A stretch of DNA of 64,000 nucleotides from Candidatus Nanopelagicales bacterium (GTDB lineage: Bacteria; Actinomycetota; Actinomycetes; S36-B12), in contig JAQTZL010000003.1 of assembly GCA_028687755.1 (NCBI GenBank), positions 61,804 to 125,803 of the forward strand, in the 5' to 3' direction. Below the pieces are notes generated by a model. The model saw only the letters and a list, made by a program, of their open reading frames with translations, made no database searches and was not told the origin of the DNA. The translations under genes were made by a program, and so were the position numbers. Positions 18,453-28,896 of this stretch are shown one piece after another. The first letter of the stretch is position 1, and every line of letters starts with the position of its first letter.

Positions 18453-19157
18453 TTACTGCGACGCAGCAACAAGACCAACCACCACAGCCAGACCATGAAG
18501 TGGTCCGCGCGTGCGCGGAAGCACCAAGGTGCGCATGCCAAGTGCTGTGCCACCGACATCGTCGTGGCCGCTGTCGCCGACCATCAAAGTTTCGGCTGCT
18601 GTGCTGCCAATTGAACTCAGGCTGGCTTGAAACATTTCTAGGTTAGGTTTCACCACTCCAATTTCACAAGACAGCACGATGCCATCAGCGAACTTTGCCA
18701 AACCTTCTCGTTCAAGAACATGATGAATGGAAACGCCAACATTGGAAAGCAAGCCGATCTTGATACCGAGATCTTTCAATGCTTGAAGTGTGGGCACTGC
18801 ATCCTCGTAGGCGTGCCAGGTATCCAGCATCACGTCATACAGTGCTCGAGCCAGGGCCGGGGCAACTGCGGGGCCTTGTGAAACAAGCGCGAAGAAGACA
18901 TCCGCATGTGCCTCTGGCGAGAGATCTCGGGAACTTTGTGGATCCACAACCCGGCCGTTCTCCCAAATTCGGTCAAGAAAGAGTTCGAGGGTTTCGCGAT
19001 GAGCCGCGGTCAGATCAGTTGGCGCCTTGATCAGAGCCAGTTCGAGCCAGTCGGCGCTGCTGCCCTGATCCACGAGGGTGGAGTGCACATCAAAGAGAAC
19101 GCTGGTGATGGGGGAGGCTGGATTGAACGGCGCGTTTGCGGCTGCTTTGACGAGCAT
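18453..19157 (-). CDS. HAD-superfamily hydrolase
   Basis: HAD-like blocks VLFDVHSTLVD (motif I variant), LLSNV and MVGDSGHDDVGG (motif IV). Confidence 0.7.
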   Translation of the reverse strand: MLVKAAANAPFNPASPITSVLFDVHSTLVDQGSSADWLELALIKAPTDLTAAHRETLELFLDRIWENGRVVDPQSSRDLSPEAHADVFFALVSQGPAVAPALARALYDVMLDTWHAYEDAVPTLQALKDLGIKIGLLSNVGVSIHHVLEREGLAKFADGIVLSCEIGVVKPNLEMFQASLSSIGSTAAETLMVGDSGHDDVGGTALGMRTLVLPRTRGPLHGLAVVVGLVAASQ

Positions 19158-19185
19158 GTGGGCAGCGTAGGGCTAGCCGATAGCC

Positions 19186-20700
19186 TTGCTCACCGTGACT
19201 ACCGAACATGACGAGGAGCTTGAGCTCCCAGAGCAAATGCGGATCCGCCACGACAAGCGCGACAAGCTTGCCGAGCAGGGTCGCGAGCCGTACCCGGTAG
19301 CGCTACCGATTACTTCCACGATCGCTGCTGTCAGAGCACAATTCCCTGACCTTGAGATTGATGTGCAGACCGGCGTCAGTGTGGGCATTGCTGGCCGAGT
19401 CATCTTTGTACGTAACACCGGCAAGTTGTGCTTTGCCACCTTGCGTTCGGGCGACGGCACCGAGATTCAGGCGATGTTGTCACTTGCCAAGGTTGGCGAA
19501 GAAGCACTTGAAAGCTGGAAAGCCTTAGTTGACCTCGGTGATCATGTATTCGTCGAAGGCGAGGTCATCACTTCGAAGCGTGGTGAGCTTTCCGTGCTTG
19601 CCGATTCATGGGCTATGGCCGCGAAGTCACTTCGGCCGCTGCCTGTTTCGCATAAACCAATGAACGATGACAGTCGTATCCGTCAGCGTTATCTTGATTT
19701 GATCATGCGCCCAGAAGCTCGCCAGATGGCTCAAACGCGAGTGAAGGCCGTCGGACAGATTCGTCAGAGTTTGAATGACCGTGGCTATCTTGAAATCGAA
19801 ACACCAATGTTGCAAACCATGCATGGTGGTGCGACTGCACGACCATTCATCACGTCGTCAAATGCCTTTGATCTTGAGTTGTATTTGCGTATCGCTCCTG
19901 AACTGTTCTTAAAGCGAGCAGTTGTTGGTGGCATGGAGCGCGTATATGAAATCAACCGAAACTTCCGCAATGAAGGTTCCGATTCCACGCATTCACCTGA
20001 GTTTGCAATGCTCGAGTTCTATCAGGCATATGCGGATTACCGTGAGATGGCGAAAATTACTCGAGAAATCATTCAAGAAGCTGCCGTTGCCGTGTTTGGT
20101 TCGCAGGTTGTTACTCACATGGATGGAACCCAGTACGACCTGTCAGGGGAGTGGCGCGAGGTTTCACTGTATGGCTCGCTCTCGGAAGCAGTCGGCGAAG
20201 AGATCACTCCGCAAACCCCACGCACACGTCTAGTAGAACTTGCCAATGCTGTTGATATTGCGGTTGCACCTAATTGGGTCGAAGGCAAAATTGTCGAAGA
20301 GCTATTCGAGCACCACGTGATTTCGACCTTCGATGGTCAACCAACCTTCGTGATGGATTTCCCAGTTGATACCTCACCGCTGACTCGCGATCACCGAACT
20401 GAAGTTGGCAAGGTGGAAAAGTGGGACCTCTACATCAACGGATATGAACAAGCCACGGGCTACTCAGAACTTGTTGATCCAGTCATTCAGCGTGAGCGCC
20501 TTATGGCACAAGCTGCCCTTGGTGCGCGAGGGGATGATGAAGCGATGAAGCTTGATGAAGACTTCCTGCGCGCACTTGAACACGGCATGCCGCCTTCAGG
20601 TGGTGTGGGCATCGGGGTTGACCGCTTGCTGATGACTCTCACTGGGCTGGGAATTCGTGAGACGATTCTGTTCCCATTGGTCAAGCCCGAGCGGGCTTAA
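19186..20700 (+). CDS. lysS: Lysine--tRNA ligase (class II)
   Basis: OB-fold N-terminal region, motif 2 region NRNFRNEG, motif 3 [12 protein letters not shown]. An alternative GTG start is at 19195. Confidence 0.95.
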   Translation: MLTVTTEHDEELELPEQMRIRHDKRDKLAEQGREPYPVALPITSTIAAVRAQFPDLEIDVQTGVSVGIAGRVIFVRNTGKLCFATLRSGDGTEIQAMLSLAKVGEEALESWKALVDLGDHVFVEGEVITSKRGELSVLADSWAMAAKSLRPLPVSHKPMNDDSRIRQRYLDLIMRPEARQMAQTRVKAVGQIRQSLNDRGYLEIETPMLQTMHGGATARPFITSSNAFDLELYLRIAPELFLKRAVVGGMERVYEINRNFRNEGSDSTHSPEFAMLEFYQAYADYREMAKITREIIQEAAVAVFGSQVVTHMDGTQYDLSGEWREVSLYGSLSEAVGEEITPQTPRTRLVELANAVDIAVAPNWVEGKIVEELFEHHVISTFDGQPTFVMDFPVDTSPLTRDHRTEVGKVEKWDLYINGYEQATGYSELVDPVIQRERLMAQAALGARGDDEAMKLDEDFLRALEHGMPPSGGVGIGVDRLLMTLTGLGIRETILFPLVKPERA

Positions 20701-20720
20701 CCCCAACCGCAGGAGTTATC

Positions 20721-21212
20721 GTGCTTATTCGTCCGGCGCATCCTCGCGATGTTCCTGCGATTCGCGAGATGGTTGATCACTATGCCTCGCGTGGCATTTT
20801 GCTGGCCAAGGCCACGGTCACGCTGTATGAAGACATTCAAGAATTCTTCGTTGCTGAAGATGATGGCGTGGTGATCGGCTGCGGTGCACTACACGTGATG
20901 TGGGAAGACCTTGCAGAAGTGCGCACCGTTGCGGTGCGAGCGAACACTGTTCGTGTTGGTGTGGGCTCAGCAATTCTTGAAGCGCTGCTCGTTCGTGCGC
21001 GCGAACTCGATATCACTCGGGTGTTTTGCCTGACCTTTGAAACACGCTTCTTTGGCAAGCATGGGTTTGTTGAAATTGAGGGCGCTCCGGTGGATCCTTC
21101 GATTTACCCACACATGCTTGAGTCGTATGACGAAGGCGTTGCGGAAATGCTTGGCCTTGAACGGGTGAAGCCCAATACCTTGGGTAATCACCGAATGTTG
21201 CTTGAGCTGTGA
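20721..21212 (+). CDS. GNAT-family N-acetyltransferase (ArgA-like small type)
   Basis: 163 aa. Acetyl-CoA binding block RVGVGSAILEALL and an overall GNAT pattern. Confidence 0.75.
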   Translation: MLIRPAHPRDVPAIREMVDHYASRGILLAKATVTLYEDIQEFFVAEDDGVVIGCGALHVMWEDLAEVRTVAVRANTVRVGVGSAILEALLVRARELDITRVFCLTFETRFFGKHGFVEIEGAPVDPSIYPHMLESYDEGVAEMLGLERVKPNTLGNHRMLLEL

Positions 21213-21967
21213 AACAGTTTCGCGTTTTAGCAATTTCACTTGCGCTGTTGGCATTGGCAATTCCGTCAGCACAGGCAACTGACGGACGGCTCACTGGCGC
21301 GGTGATTGCGCTGGATCCGGGACACCAACTGGGTAATAGCAATCCGAAGTTCGCGTCGCAGATGAAGCAGACTCGGTTCAACGGCTCGATCGTGAAGTCG
21401 TGCAACACCACTGGTACCGCCACGAATGCTGGTTTACCTGAATCGACCTTCAACTGGAAGGTTGCCAACAAACTTAAAGCACTGTTGGAAGCTCAGGGAG
21501 CTCAAGTACATCTGACTCGAGATGTGAACTCACGCAACGCTTGGGGGCCTTGTGTGTGGGATCGCGGTGGTTTTGGCGTCAAAGTGAATGCCAACTTGCT
21601 CGTCAGCATTCATGCTGATGGTGCGCCATCAAGTGGACATGGTTTTCATGTCATCGCTCCCGTGAACATTAAGGGTTGGACGAATGACATCGCCAAACCC
21701 AGTCGAGCACTGGCAACCTCGCTCATCGCTGGGATGCAAAAAGCAGGCGCTACACCAACGACGTATTTGTCCAGCCCGTTATCAATTCGCCGGGATCAAT
21801 CGACCTTGAATTTCAGCAATGTCCCGGCGGTGATTGTTGAACTCGGCAATATGCGCAATAGGCAAGATGCCAAGAAGATGAGTACATCTACCGGGCAGCT
21901 GCAGTATGCAAAAGAACTCGCTGCAGGAATCAACCGGTATTGCGCAGTCCAGTCGCGATGCCGTTGA
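21209..21967 (+). CDS. Secreted N-acetylmuramoyl-L-alanine amidase (Amidase_3)
   Basis: Signal peptide (...AIPSAQA). Blocks IALDPGH, LVSIHADG and VIVELGNM are present. GTGA overlap with the GNAT gene. Confidence 0.85.
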   Translation: MKQFRVLAISLALLALAIPSAQATDGRLTGAVIALDPGHQLGNSNPKFASQMKQTRFNGSIVKSCNTTGTATNAGLPESTFNWKVANKLKALLEAQGAQVHLTRDVNSRNAWGPCVWDRGGFGVKVNANLLVSIHADGAPSSGHGFHVIAPVNIKGWTNDIAKPSRALATSLIAGMQKAGATPTTYLSSPLSIRRDQSTLNFSNVPAVIVELGNMRNRQDAKKMSTSTGQLQYAKELAAGINRYCAVQSRCR

Positions 21968-24659
21968 TCGTGACTGACAACGCGCGGCTTAACGACTGAT
22001 CGGGTTCAGTGCCTGCGGCCCTGTTCTCGCGAACGCGCTCCATTAATGTCACTTGAAGTGAGTGCAGCGGCAAGAGATAGGTGTCGCGAACAGCAAGCGT
22101 GCGTTGCAGCGTGGGATTGTTACTGAGTAGCTCACTTTCACCTGTGATCGCTAAAACTTCAGCAACAGTGCGCGCGTACTCCTCTTGGATGAGCGCGAAA
22201 GGACTTGCAATTTCTGTAGGCACAAGGGCATCAACATATGTGGATGCAACTTTGAGATCTGTTTTCGCCAACGTCATTTCTACGTTGGCAATGAAGTTGG
22301 CGAAGAATTCCCAACCTTCATACATTGCACGAAGCGCTTCGCCGTGTCCGGCTTCACGTGCAGCAGCAAGGCCCGCTCCGACACCAAACCACCCTGGAAC
22401 AACTTGGCGTGATTGAGTCCAACCAAAAACCCATGGAATCGCGCGCAACCCGCTGATGCCCGCTGATGTATCAGGGCGACGAGATGGCCGCGACCCCAAG
22501 TGCATCGCGCCAAATTCATCAACGGGAGTTGAAGCTGCAAAATACTGCGGCAGCACTGGGTTCTCGACAAGTGCGCGATATTGCGCTTGGGCGCTGGCTG
22601 AAGCGAGGTTCATAATCGTGTCCCATTGGTCGCGCTGAACAGCTGGAACGCGTGGCGCGCGGTGAAGCAAAGTTGCATCCATCACTGCTGCAACCATTTG
22701 CTCGAGATTGTCGCGAGCAAGGGTTGGAAGTAAGTACTTGTCAGAAATAACCTCACCTTGCTCAGTGACTTTTATTTCACCATCAAGAACGCCCCATGGC
22801 TGAGCCAAGATCGCTTGGTAGGTCGGGCCTCCACCGCGACCGACAGTTCCACCACGGCCATGGAAAAGACGCAGGCGCACTCCATGCTTCGCAGTGATGT
22901 CGCGCAGTCGGCGCTGTGCAAGATGGATTTCCCACTGCGAAGTGGTGATTCCCGCATCCTTATTTGAATCGGAGTAGCCAAGCATGACTTCTTGCACATC
23001 ACCGCGGGAGGCAACAAGTTGGCGATAGACCGGATCACTCAACAAGGTATCGATGATTGAACCGGCTGCGCGTAACTCGTCAACCGTTTCGAGTAAGGGC
23101 ACGAAACCAACTCGAGCACTGCAGGCTGTTGGATCAACTAATCCAGCTTCGCGTGCAAGGAGTACCGCAGCGAGTACGTCATCGGCACCTTGAGTCATCG
23201 AAATTATGCAGGATTCAATCGAGCCTGCTCCGAAAGTGTCGAGGGCAGCGCCAACAGCGACGTAAGCATCGAAGGTGCGCAAACCGAGGTCATCAAGTGG
23301 CGGCGGTGTCGGTGCTAAAGGTCGAAGGGATGACAACTCCATTTTGAGAACCGTGAGGCGATCATCGCGCGAAAGCTCTTCGTACTTTTGTTCACCTGTG
23401 CGGATGCGATCAAAGAGTTGACCAACTGCATGGTGGTACTGCTCCGCGTGTTCACGAATATCCAGTGTCGCCAGATTGAGCCCAAGGGCTGCAATCACTC
23501 GACTTGCACGGTCAAGTACTCCTTGCGCAGCAATTGCGTTTCCGGTTTCCAGTAATGCGACGCGTACTTCTTCAAGATCAGCAAGAAGGTTTTCGGTTGA
23601 TAAGTAATCGCGACCTGGTTGATGTGGTCCATTTCCGCGTGCGGCGGTGAGTTGCAAGCGAGTGCGGATGATGCGCAACTTCAATCGAATTGGTTCGTCC
23701 GCGTTAATGAGGAGATAACGCTCGTCAAATTCGGGCAACAAAGCGAGATCTTCATTGACTGCCTGACGCAGTGCTAGATGTACGCCGCTGATCCGTTCTG
23801 AAATCGAAAGATCATCAATGAGTGCATCAATATGCGGAAGGATCGCGAGTACTGCTTGTTCGCGTTGGAATTGCAGCACTGAAGTGGTGACATCAGCGGT
23901 GACAAAAGGATTTCCGTCACGATCGCCACCGATCCAGGTACCAAAGGTCAGTGGCTGCGCATATGCAGGAAGAGGTGCACCGAGTGTGGTGAATGCAGCA
24001 TTGAGATCTTCAAGCACAGCGCCGATTGGACCGCGGCTCAGTTCGGAGAGATAACCAAGCACGTTACGGGCCTCGTCCATCACCTGTGGGCGCTCCAACC
24101 GAAGCTCGTCTGTTTGCCAGAGCAAATCAACAAGTTCCGCGATGCGAGCACGATTGGGCAATTCACCCGTTATGGCATCTGCGTCGTCAAGGAGGAGAGC
24201 AGCGATGCGACGCAGTTTGATCAAGACTGATCGACGTGCGGCTTCGGTGGGGTGAGCGGTGAATACCGGACGAACTGACATCACCTCAGCGAGATGATTG
24301 ATGTCTTGTTCACTCACTTGTGCAGCCAAAGCTGTGGCAGCCACCTGTCGGATTGGTCCGCCAGTGCGCCGGCGAAGGTCGGCAACCTCACGGGAGCGCT
24401 CAACTTGTTCGGCAATATTGGCCAGATCGAAATAGATCGAAAAAGCGCGGGCTAGGCGAGTAGCGGTAGGCAGGTCCACGTCAGCCAGAGCGCGAGCTGC
24501 GGCTGAAGGATCGGTCCGCACCAGTTGACGAACCTCCTCGACGAGGTCAAGCAGACTTTGACTTTCCTGGCGGACCATGGTCTGGCCAAGCAGGGCTCCG
24601 AGTTCGCGGATGTGCTCACGGAGGCGGGCATCAGAGTCCTTGTGTGACATGGGCAACAT
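21930..24659 (-). CDS. ppc: Phosphoenolpyruvate carboxylase
   Basis: VFTAHPTE, GYSDSNKDAG, FHGRGGTVGRGGGP and the C-terminal ...GLRNTG signatures; 909 aa. Confidence 0.97.
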   Translation of the reverse strand: MLPMSHKDSDARLREHIRELGALLGQTMVRQESQSLLDLVEEVRQLVRTDPSAAARALADVDLPTATRLARAFSIYFDLANIAEQVERSREVADLRRRTGGPIRQVAATALAAQVSEQDINHLAEVMSVRPVFTAHPTEAARRSVLIKLRRIAALLLDDADAITGELPNRARIAELVDLLWQTDELRLERPQVMDEARNVLGYLSELSRGPIGAVLEDLNAAFTTLGAPLPAYAQPLTFGTWIGGDRDGNPFVTADVTTSVLQFQREQAVLAILPHIDALIDDLSISERISGVHLALRQAVNEDLALLPEFDERYLLINADEPIRLKLRIIRTRLQLTAARGNGPHQPGRDYLSTENLLADLEEVRVALLETGNAIAAQGVLDRASRVIAALGLNLATLDIREHAEQYHHAVGQLFDRIRTGEQKYEELSRDDRLTVLKMELSSLRPLAPTPPPLDDLGLRTFDAYVAVGAALDTFGAGSIESCIISMTQGADDVLAAVLLAREAGLVDPTACSARVGFVPLLETVDELRAAGSIIDTLLSDPVYRQLVASRGDVQEVMLGYSDSNKDAGITTSQWEIHLAQRRLRDITAKHGVRLRLFHGRGGTVGRGGGPTYQAILAQPWGVLDGEIKVTEQGEVISDKYLLPTLARDNLEQMVAAVMDATLLHRAPRVPAVQRDQWDTIMNLASASAQAQYRALVENPVLPQYFAASTPVDEFGAMHLGSRPSRRPDTSAGISGLRAIPWVFGWTQSRQVVPGWFGVGAGLAAAREAGHGEALRAMYEGWEFFANFIANVEMTLAKTDLKVASTYVDALVPTEIASPFALIQEEYARTVAEVLAITGESELLSNNPTLQRTLAVRDTYLLPLHSLQVTLMERVRENRAAGTEPDQSLSRALSVTINGIATGLRNTG

Positions 24660-24694
24660 TCTTGCCGATGTTTATTACGGCCTGGTTACCGCCT

Positions 24695-24708
24695 GTTCGC
24701 GGCAGGCG
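24695..24708. promoter_or_regulatory. Candidate ClgR operator (GTTCGC-N5-GCG) upstream of clpC
   Basis: GTTCGC GGCAG GCG is an exact match to the Streptomyces-type ClgR motif. It lies about 150 nt upstream of the clpC start, in a 194-nt intergenic region. Confidence 0.45.
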
Positions 24709-24797
24709 TACAGCTCATCGGGAAGGTTTTCCCCCAAGGCGTGGTTGTCTTAGAACAAGCGTCCACGCTGCTTGATGAGCCCACCTCGGGGTTAGGC

Positions 24798-24826
24798 TTG
24801 CTGAGCACACCGGGCGCTTGTATGAG
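24798..24826 (+). promoter_or_regulatory. Candidate sigma-70-type promoter of clpC
   Basis: TTGCTG (-35), a 17-nt spacer and TATGAG (-10). It ends 27 nt before the clpC ATG. Confidence 0.3.
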
Positions 24827-24853
24827 TAGTCCGTCTAAGAAGGGTGTGAGGCG

Positions 24854-27340
24854 ATGTTTGAACGGTTTACCGACCGAGCCCGTCGTGTAGTGGTGCTTGC
24901 GCAAGAAGAAGCGCGCATGCTGAATCACAACTACATCGGCACTGAGCACATCCTGCTGGGCCTGATTCATGAAGGTGAAGGCGTTGCTGCCAAGGCCCTT
25001 GAATCCTTGGGTATCTCCCTTGAAGCCGTACGCAGTCAGGTCGAGGAAATTATTGGCCAGGGTCAGCAGGCACCAAGTGGACACATTCCTTTCACTCCTC
25101 GTGCAAAGAAAGTGCTCGAACTTTCCTTGCGTGAAGCGCTGCAGCTTGGTCACAACTACATCGGCACTGAGCACATCCTGCTTGGCTTAATTCGCGAAGG
25201 TGAAGGTGTCGCTGCTCAAGTACTCGTGAAGCTCGGCGCAGATCTCAACCGTGTGCGCCAGCAGGTCATTCAGTTGCTCAGTGGTTACCAAGGCAAGGAG
25301 CCTGCAGCTGCAGGTCCAGCTGAAGGCACTGCGTCAACGTCACTCGTCCTTGATCAATTTGGTCGCAACCTCACCGTTGCTGCACGCGAAGGCAAGCTTG
25401 ATCCGGTCATTGGCCGTGAAAAGGAAATAGAGCGCGTGATGCAGGTGTTGTCACGTCGTACCAAGAACAACCCAGTGCTCATTGGTGAGCCAGGTGTTGG
25501 AAAAACGGCAGTCGTCGAAGGTCTTGCCCAAAACATTGTGAAGGGCGAAGTTCCAGAAACCCTGAAAGACAAGCAGTTGTACTCACTTGATTTGGGTGCA
25601 CTCGTTGCTGGTAGCCGTTACCGCGGTGATTTCGAAGAGCGCTTGAAGAAGGTTCTTAAGGAAATTCGCACCCGTGGCGACATCATCCTGTTCATTGATG
25701 AAATGCACACGCTTGTGGGTGCTGGTGCTGCAGAAGGTGCGATCGATGCTGCAAGCATCCTGAAGCCAATGCTGGCTCGTGGTGAATTGCAAACCATTGG
25801 TGCAACAACGCTTGATGAGTACCGCAAGCACATTGAGAAAGATGCTGCACTTGAGCGTCGCTTTGCGCCGATTCAGGTTGATGCGCCTGACGTTGCTCAC
25901 ACCGTAGAAATCCTCAAGGGTCTTCGTGACCGTTACGAAGCACATCACCGAGTTTCGATTACAGACGGAGCCCTTGAAGCAGCAGCTCGTCTTTCAGATC
26001 GCTACATCTCAGATCGTCAGTTGCCCGACAAGGCAATCGACCTCATTGATGAAGCTGGTTCGCGTTTGCGTATCCGTCGCATGACCGCACCACCTGACCT
26101 ACGTGAGTTCGATGATCGCATCGCCGTTGTGCGCCGTGAAAAGGAATCAGCGATTGACTCGCAAGATTTCGAAAAGGCCGCAGCACTTCGTGATGATGAG
26201 AAGAACCTCATCGCAGAAAAGGCTCAGCGTGAAAAGGAATGGAAAGCAGGCGACCTTGACGTCGTTGCTGAAGTCGATGAGCGCCTGATCGGTGAAGTGT
26301 TGGCACTCATGACTGGTATCCCAGTTACTGATCTCACTGAAGATGACATCGCGCGTTTGCTTCGCATGGAAGATGAGTTGCACAAGCGCGTCATCGGCCA
26401 GGAGCAAGCCATCAAGGCGTTGTCGAAGTCGATTCGTCGTACTCGCGCAGGTTTGAAGGATCCAAAGCGTCCATCAGGTTCATTTATCTTCGCCGGTCCA
26501 TCAGGTGTGGGTAAAACGGAACTCAGTAAGACCTTGGCTGAATTCCTGTTCGGCGATGAAGATGCACTGATCTCTCTCGACATGAGTGAGTACTCAGAGC
26601 GCCACACTGCTTCACGCCTCTTTGGTTCACCTCCGGGTTACGTTGGCTATGAAGAAGGCGGCCAGCTCACTGAGAAGGTTCGTCGCAAGCCATTCTCTGT
26701 CGTGCTGTTCGACGAGGTTGAAAAGGCTCACCCAGACATCTTCAACTCACTGTTGCAGGTGCTCGAAGAAGGTCGTTTGACTGATTCGCAGGGTCGAGTT
26801 GTTGACTTCAAGAACACCGTGATCATCATGACCACGAACCTTGGTAGTCGCGATGTTTCACAGGGCGTCATGCTCGGCTTCGTTGCAGAAAATGAAGATG
26901 ACACTGCGTACGAGCGGATGAAGGCAAAGGTTCAACAAGAACTCAAGCAACACTTCCGCCCAGAGTTCTTGAACCGCATTGATGATGTCATCGTCTTCCA
27001 TCAGCTCACCAAGATGGAAATCATCGAGATTGTTGATTTGATGATTGCTAACTTGGAAAAGCGTCTGGCCGACCGCGATATCGACATTGAGTTGACCACT
27101 GGTGCCAAGGATCTCTTGGCGGAACGTGGATATGACCCACAGCTTGGTGCGCGACCATTGCGCCGCACGATTCAGCGCGATATTGAAGATCCACTGAGCG
27201 AGAAGATGCTCTTTGGTGACCTTCAGGCTGGAAACATTGTGGTTGTCGATGTTGAAGGAGAAGGAACTGATCGAGAGTTCACCTTCACCACCACTCCACG
27301 CGCCGAGTTACCAGATGCGCCACCGATTGAAGCGGTGTAA
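24854..27340 (+). CDS. clpC: ATP-dependent Clp protease ATP-binding subunit ClpC
   Basis: Duplicated Clp_N repeat (...[15 protein letters not shown]... twice). Two AAA+ modules (GEPGVGKT and GPSGVGKT) and a UVR-like linker are present. Confidence 0.97.
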   Translation: MFERFTDRARRVVVLAQEEARMLNHNYIGTEHILLGLIHEGEGVAAKALESLGISLEAVRSQVEEIIGQGQQAPSGHIPFTPRAKKVLELSLREALQLGHNYIGTEHILLGLIREGEGVAAQVLVKLGADLNRVRQQVIQLLSGYQGKEPAAAGPAEGTASTSLVLDQFGRNLTVAAREGKLDPVIGREKEIERVMQVLSRRTKNNPVLIGEPGVGKTAVVEGLAQNIVKGEVPETLKDKQLYSLDLGALVAGSRYRGDFEERLKKVLKEIRTRGDIILFIDEMHTLVGAGAAEGAIDAASILKPMLARGELQTIGATTLDEYRKHIEKDAALERRFAPIQVDAPDVAHTVEILKGLRDRYEAHHRVSITDGALEAAARLSDRYISDRQLPDKAIDLIDEAGSRLRIRRMTAPPDLREFDDRIAVVRREKESAIDSQDFEKAAALRDDEKNLIAEKAQREKEWKAGDLDVVAEVDERLIGEVLALMTGIPVTDLTEDDIARLLRMEDELHKRVIGQEQAIKALSKSIRRTRAGLKDPKRPSGSFIFAGPSGVGKTELSKTLAEFLFGDEDALISLDMSEYSERHTASRLFGSPPGYVGYEEGGQLTEKVRRKPFSVVLFDEVEKAHPDIFNSLLQVLEEGRLTDSQGRVVDFKNTVIIMTTNLGSRDVSQGVMLGFVAENEDDTAYERMKAKVQQELKQHFRPEFLNRIDDVIVFHQLTKMEIIEIVDLMIANLEKRLADRDIDIELTTGAKDLLAERGYDPQLGARPLRRTIQRDIEDPLSEKMLFGDLQAGNIVVVDVEGEGTDREFTFTTTPRAELPDAPPIEAV

Positions 27341-28291
27341 CTACTGGGGTAGCGCATAACCTCGATCAACGCGAATGACGAGCCCATCATTGATGAGGCT
27401 CGTCATCGCTTTTTCACGTTGCAGTTCGTCTGCCCAAGCAGCCTCGATCACACTGGTCGCCACAACAGGCTCGGCACTGACAGCACGAAGCAGTGCGCCA
27501 CGTGCCTGTCGGTCACTGCCAGCAAATGAGGGCTGCTTTCGACGAACGGGAGCGTTGTCTGGTTTGCCAGCAGCTAGCCATGCGCAGGTTTTGTTGAGCG
27601 GACAAATGTCGCACTGTGGGTTGCGCGCTGCGCACACAAGCGCACCAAGTTCCATCACGGCTGCCGACCATTGAGCGCCATCCTGATCGCGTACTAATGC
27701 GGTAGCGCGCTCGACTTCGGGCTTGGTGAGGTGGGCGGGTGGCATGGCCTGCGCTGACCAGGCTCGTTCGATCACTCGTCGAATATTGGTATCAAGCACC
27801 ACGGTGGGTTGGTGAAACGCAAAGGCACAAATCGCTGCAGCGGTGTAGTGGCCGATACCAGGCATCGCCAAGAGTTCAGCCTCAGTACAGGGAACTTCAC
27901 CGTTGAACTCGTCAGTAATCACTTGAGCACAAGCCTGCAATCGCATCGCTCTGCGTGGGTAACCCAGACCTTGCCAAGCGCGCAAAACGTCAGCTGTGGA
28001 TGCGGCAGCGAGATCGGCGGGGGTAGGCCAGCGCTCCATCCAGTCCAACCATTTGGGAATCACCCGATCAACCTGCGTTTGTTGCAACATGAATTCGCTG
28101 ACAACGATGCCCCAAGGCGTGACGTTCGACCCACGCCAGGGCAGGTCTCGCCGATGCAGCTCAAACCAGTTGATAACTGCAGTGACTTCATCGAATCCTC
28201 GCGCCACGAGTGGATCGTCGCATGAGGCATGCGCGCTGCCACTACCGTGGGGGCGTGAGTGGAATGATGTCACCAGTTGGCCCTGAAGCAC
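27341..28291 (-). CDS. mutY: A/G-specific adenine DNA glycosylase
   Basis: HhH-GPD region (MPGIGHYTAAAI) and the [4Fe-4S] loop C-x6-C-x2-C-x5-C (CAARNPQCDICPLNKTC). A C-terminal NUDIX-like domain follows. The true start may be downstream of 28291. Confidence 0.9.
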   Translation of the reverse strand: MLQGQLVTSFHSRPHGSGSAHASCDDPLVARGFDEVTAVINWFELHRRDLPWRGSNVTPWGIVVSEFMLQQTQVDRVIPKWLDWMERWPTPADLAAASTADVLRAWQGLGYPRRAMRLQACAQVITDEFNGEVPCTEAELLAMPGIGHYTAAAICAFAFHQPTVVLDTNIRRVIERAWSAQAMPPAHLTKPEVERATALVRDQDGAQWSAAVMELGALVCAARNPQCDICPLNKTCAWLAAGKPDNAPVRRKQPSFAGSDRQARGALLRAVSAEPVVATSVIEAAWADELQREKAMTSLINDGLVIRVDRGYALPQ

Positions 28292-28896
28292 CGACCGTCT
28301 ATTGGGTACGCCGCGGCGCAGTCGTATTGGTGGCGCTTACCGTGCTGGTTGGGCTTTGGTGGATGATCGGTGGCGGTTCGGGCTCGGAGCCTGCCGCGAA
28401 TCCCACGCCAGCGGTGTCGGCAAGCGCGAGCCAAACAGCAACTGCGACAGCGACTCCAGTAGCCAGCTCAACCGCGCTGGTCCCCGTGAGTGATCCAACG
28501 GCTCCTTGCCCAGATGCCAACATTGAAGTGACAGCCACCTCTGATTCCTCAACCTATGTTGTTGGTTCAACCCCACGTTTGACTCTCGGTATTCAGAACA
28601 TCGGCACCTTCGCCTGTACGCGCGATATCGGACCAAAATCCAATGCTCTAGCAGTGACTTCGGGTGGGTACCCCGTGTGGTCAAGTGATGACTGCGATGC
28701 CAGTGACGTTGTAAAAGACTCGGTACTGCAGCCAGGCCAATTGTTCCGCACGACGATTACGTGGGATGGACGCAAAGCAGGGGCAAGCTGCGATAAGCAG
28801 GGAGCTTTCGCCAAGGCAGGCACTTATGACGTGAGCGGCACCAATGGCGCAGTGGAAAGCATCAAAACCCCGTTCGCGATTACTGCAAAGCGCTAA
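28264..28896 (+). CDS. Membrane-anchored extracytoplasmic protein with a T/A-rich linker and a 4-Cys C-terminal domain
   Basis: Single N-terminal TM (VVLVALTVLVGLWWMIGG), a low-complexity TATATP linker and a beta-rich domain with 4 Cys. It sits between mutY and radA, where mycobacteria also carry a conserved membrane protein. ATG at 28264 was chosen over the ORF-track start at 28210. Confidence 0.5.
   Translation: MMSPVGPEAPTVYWVRRGAVVLVALTVLVGLWWMIGGGSGSEPAANPTPAVSASASQTATATATPVASSTALVPVSDPTAPCPDANIEVTATSDSSTYVVGSTPRLTLGIQNIGTFACTRDIGPKSNALAVTSGGYPVWSSDDCDASDVVKDSVLQPGQLFRTTITWDGRKAGASCDKQGAFAKAGTYDVSGTNGAVESIKTPFAITAKR

Noticed and set aside
24686-25174. 162-aa minus-strand ORF spanning the clpC leader and 5' coding region
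   Set aside because: It is antisense to the strongly supported clpC CDS and has no recognisable motifs, so it is a typical shadow ORF.
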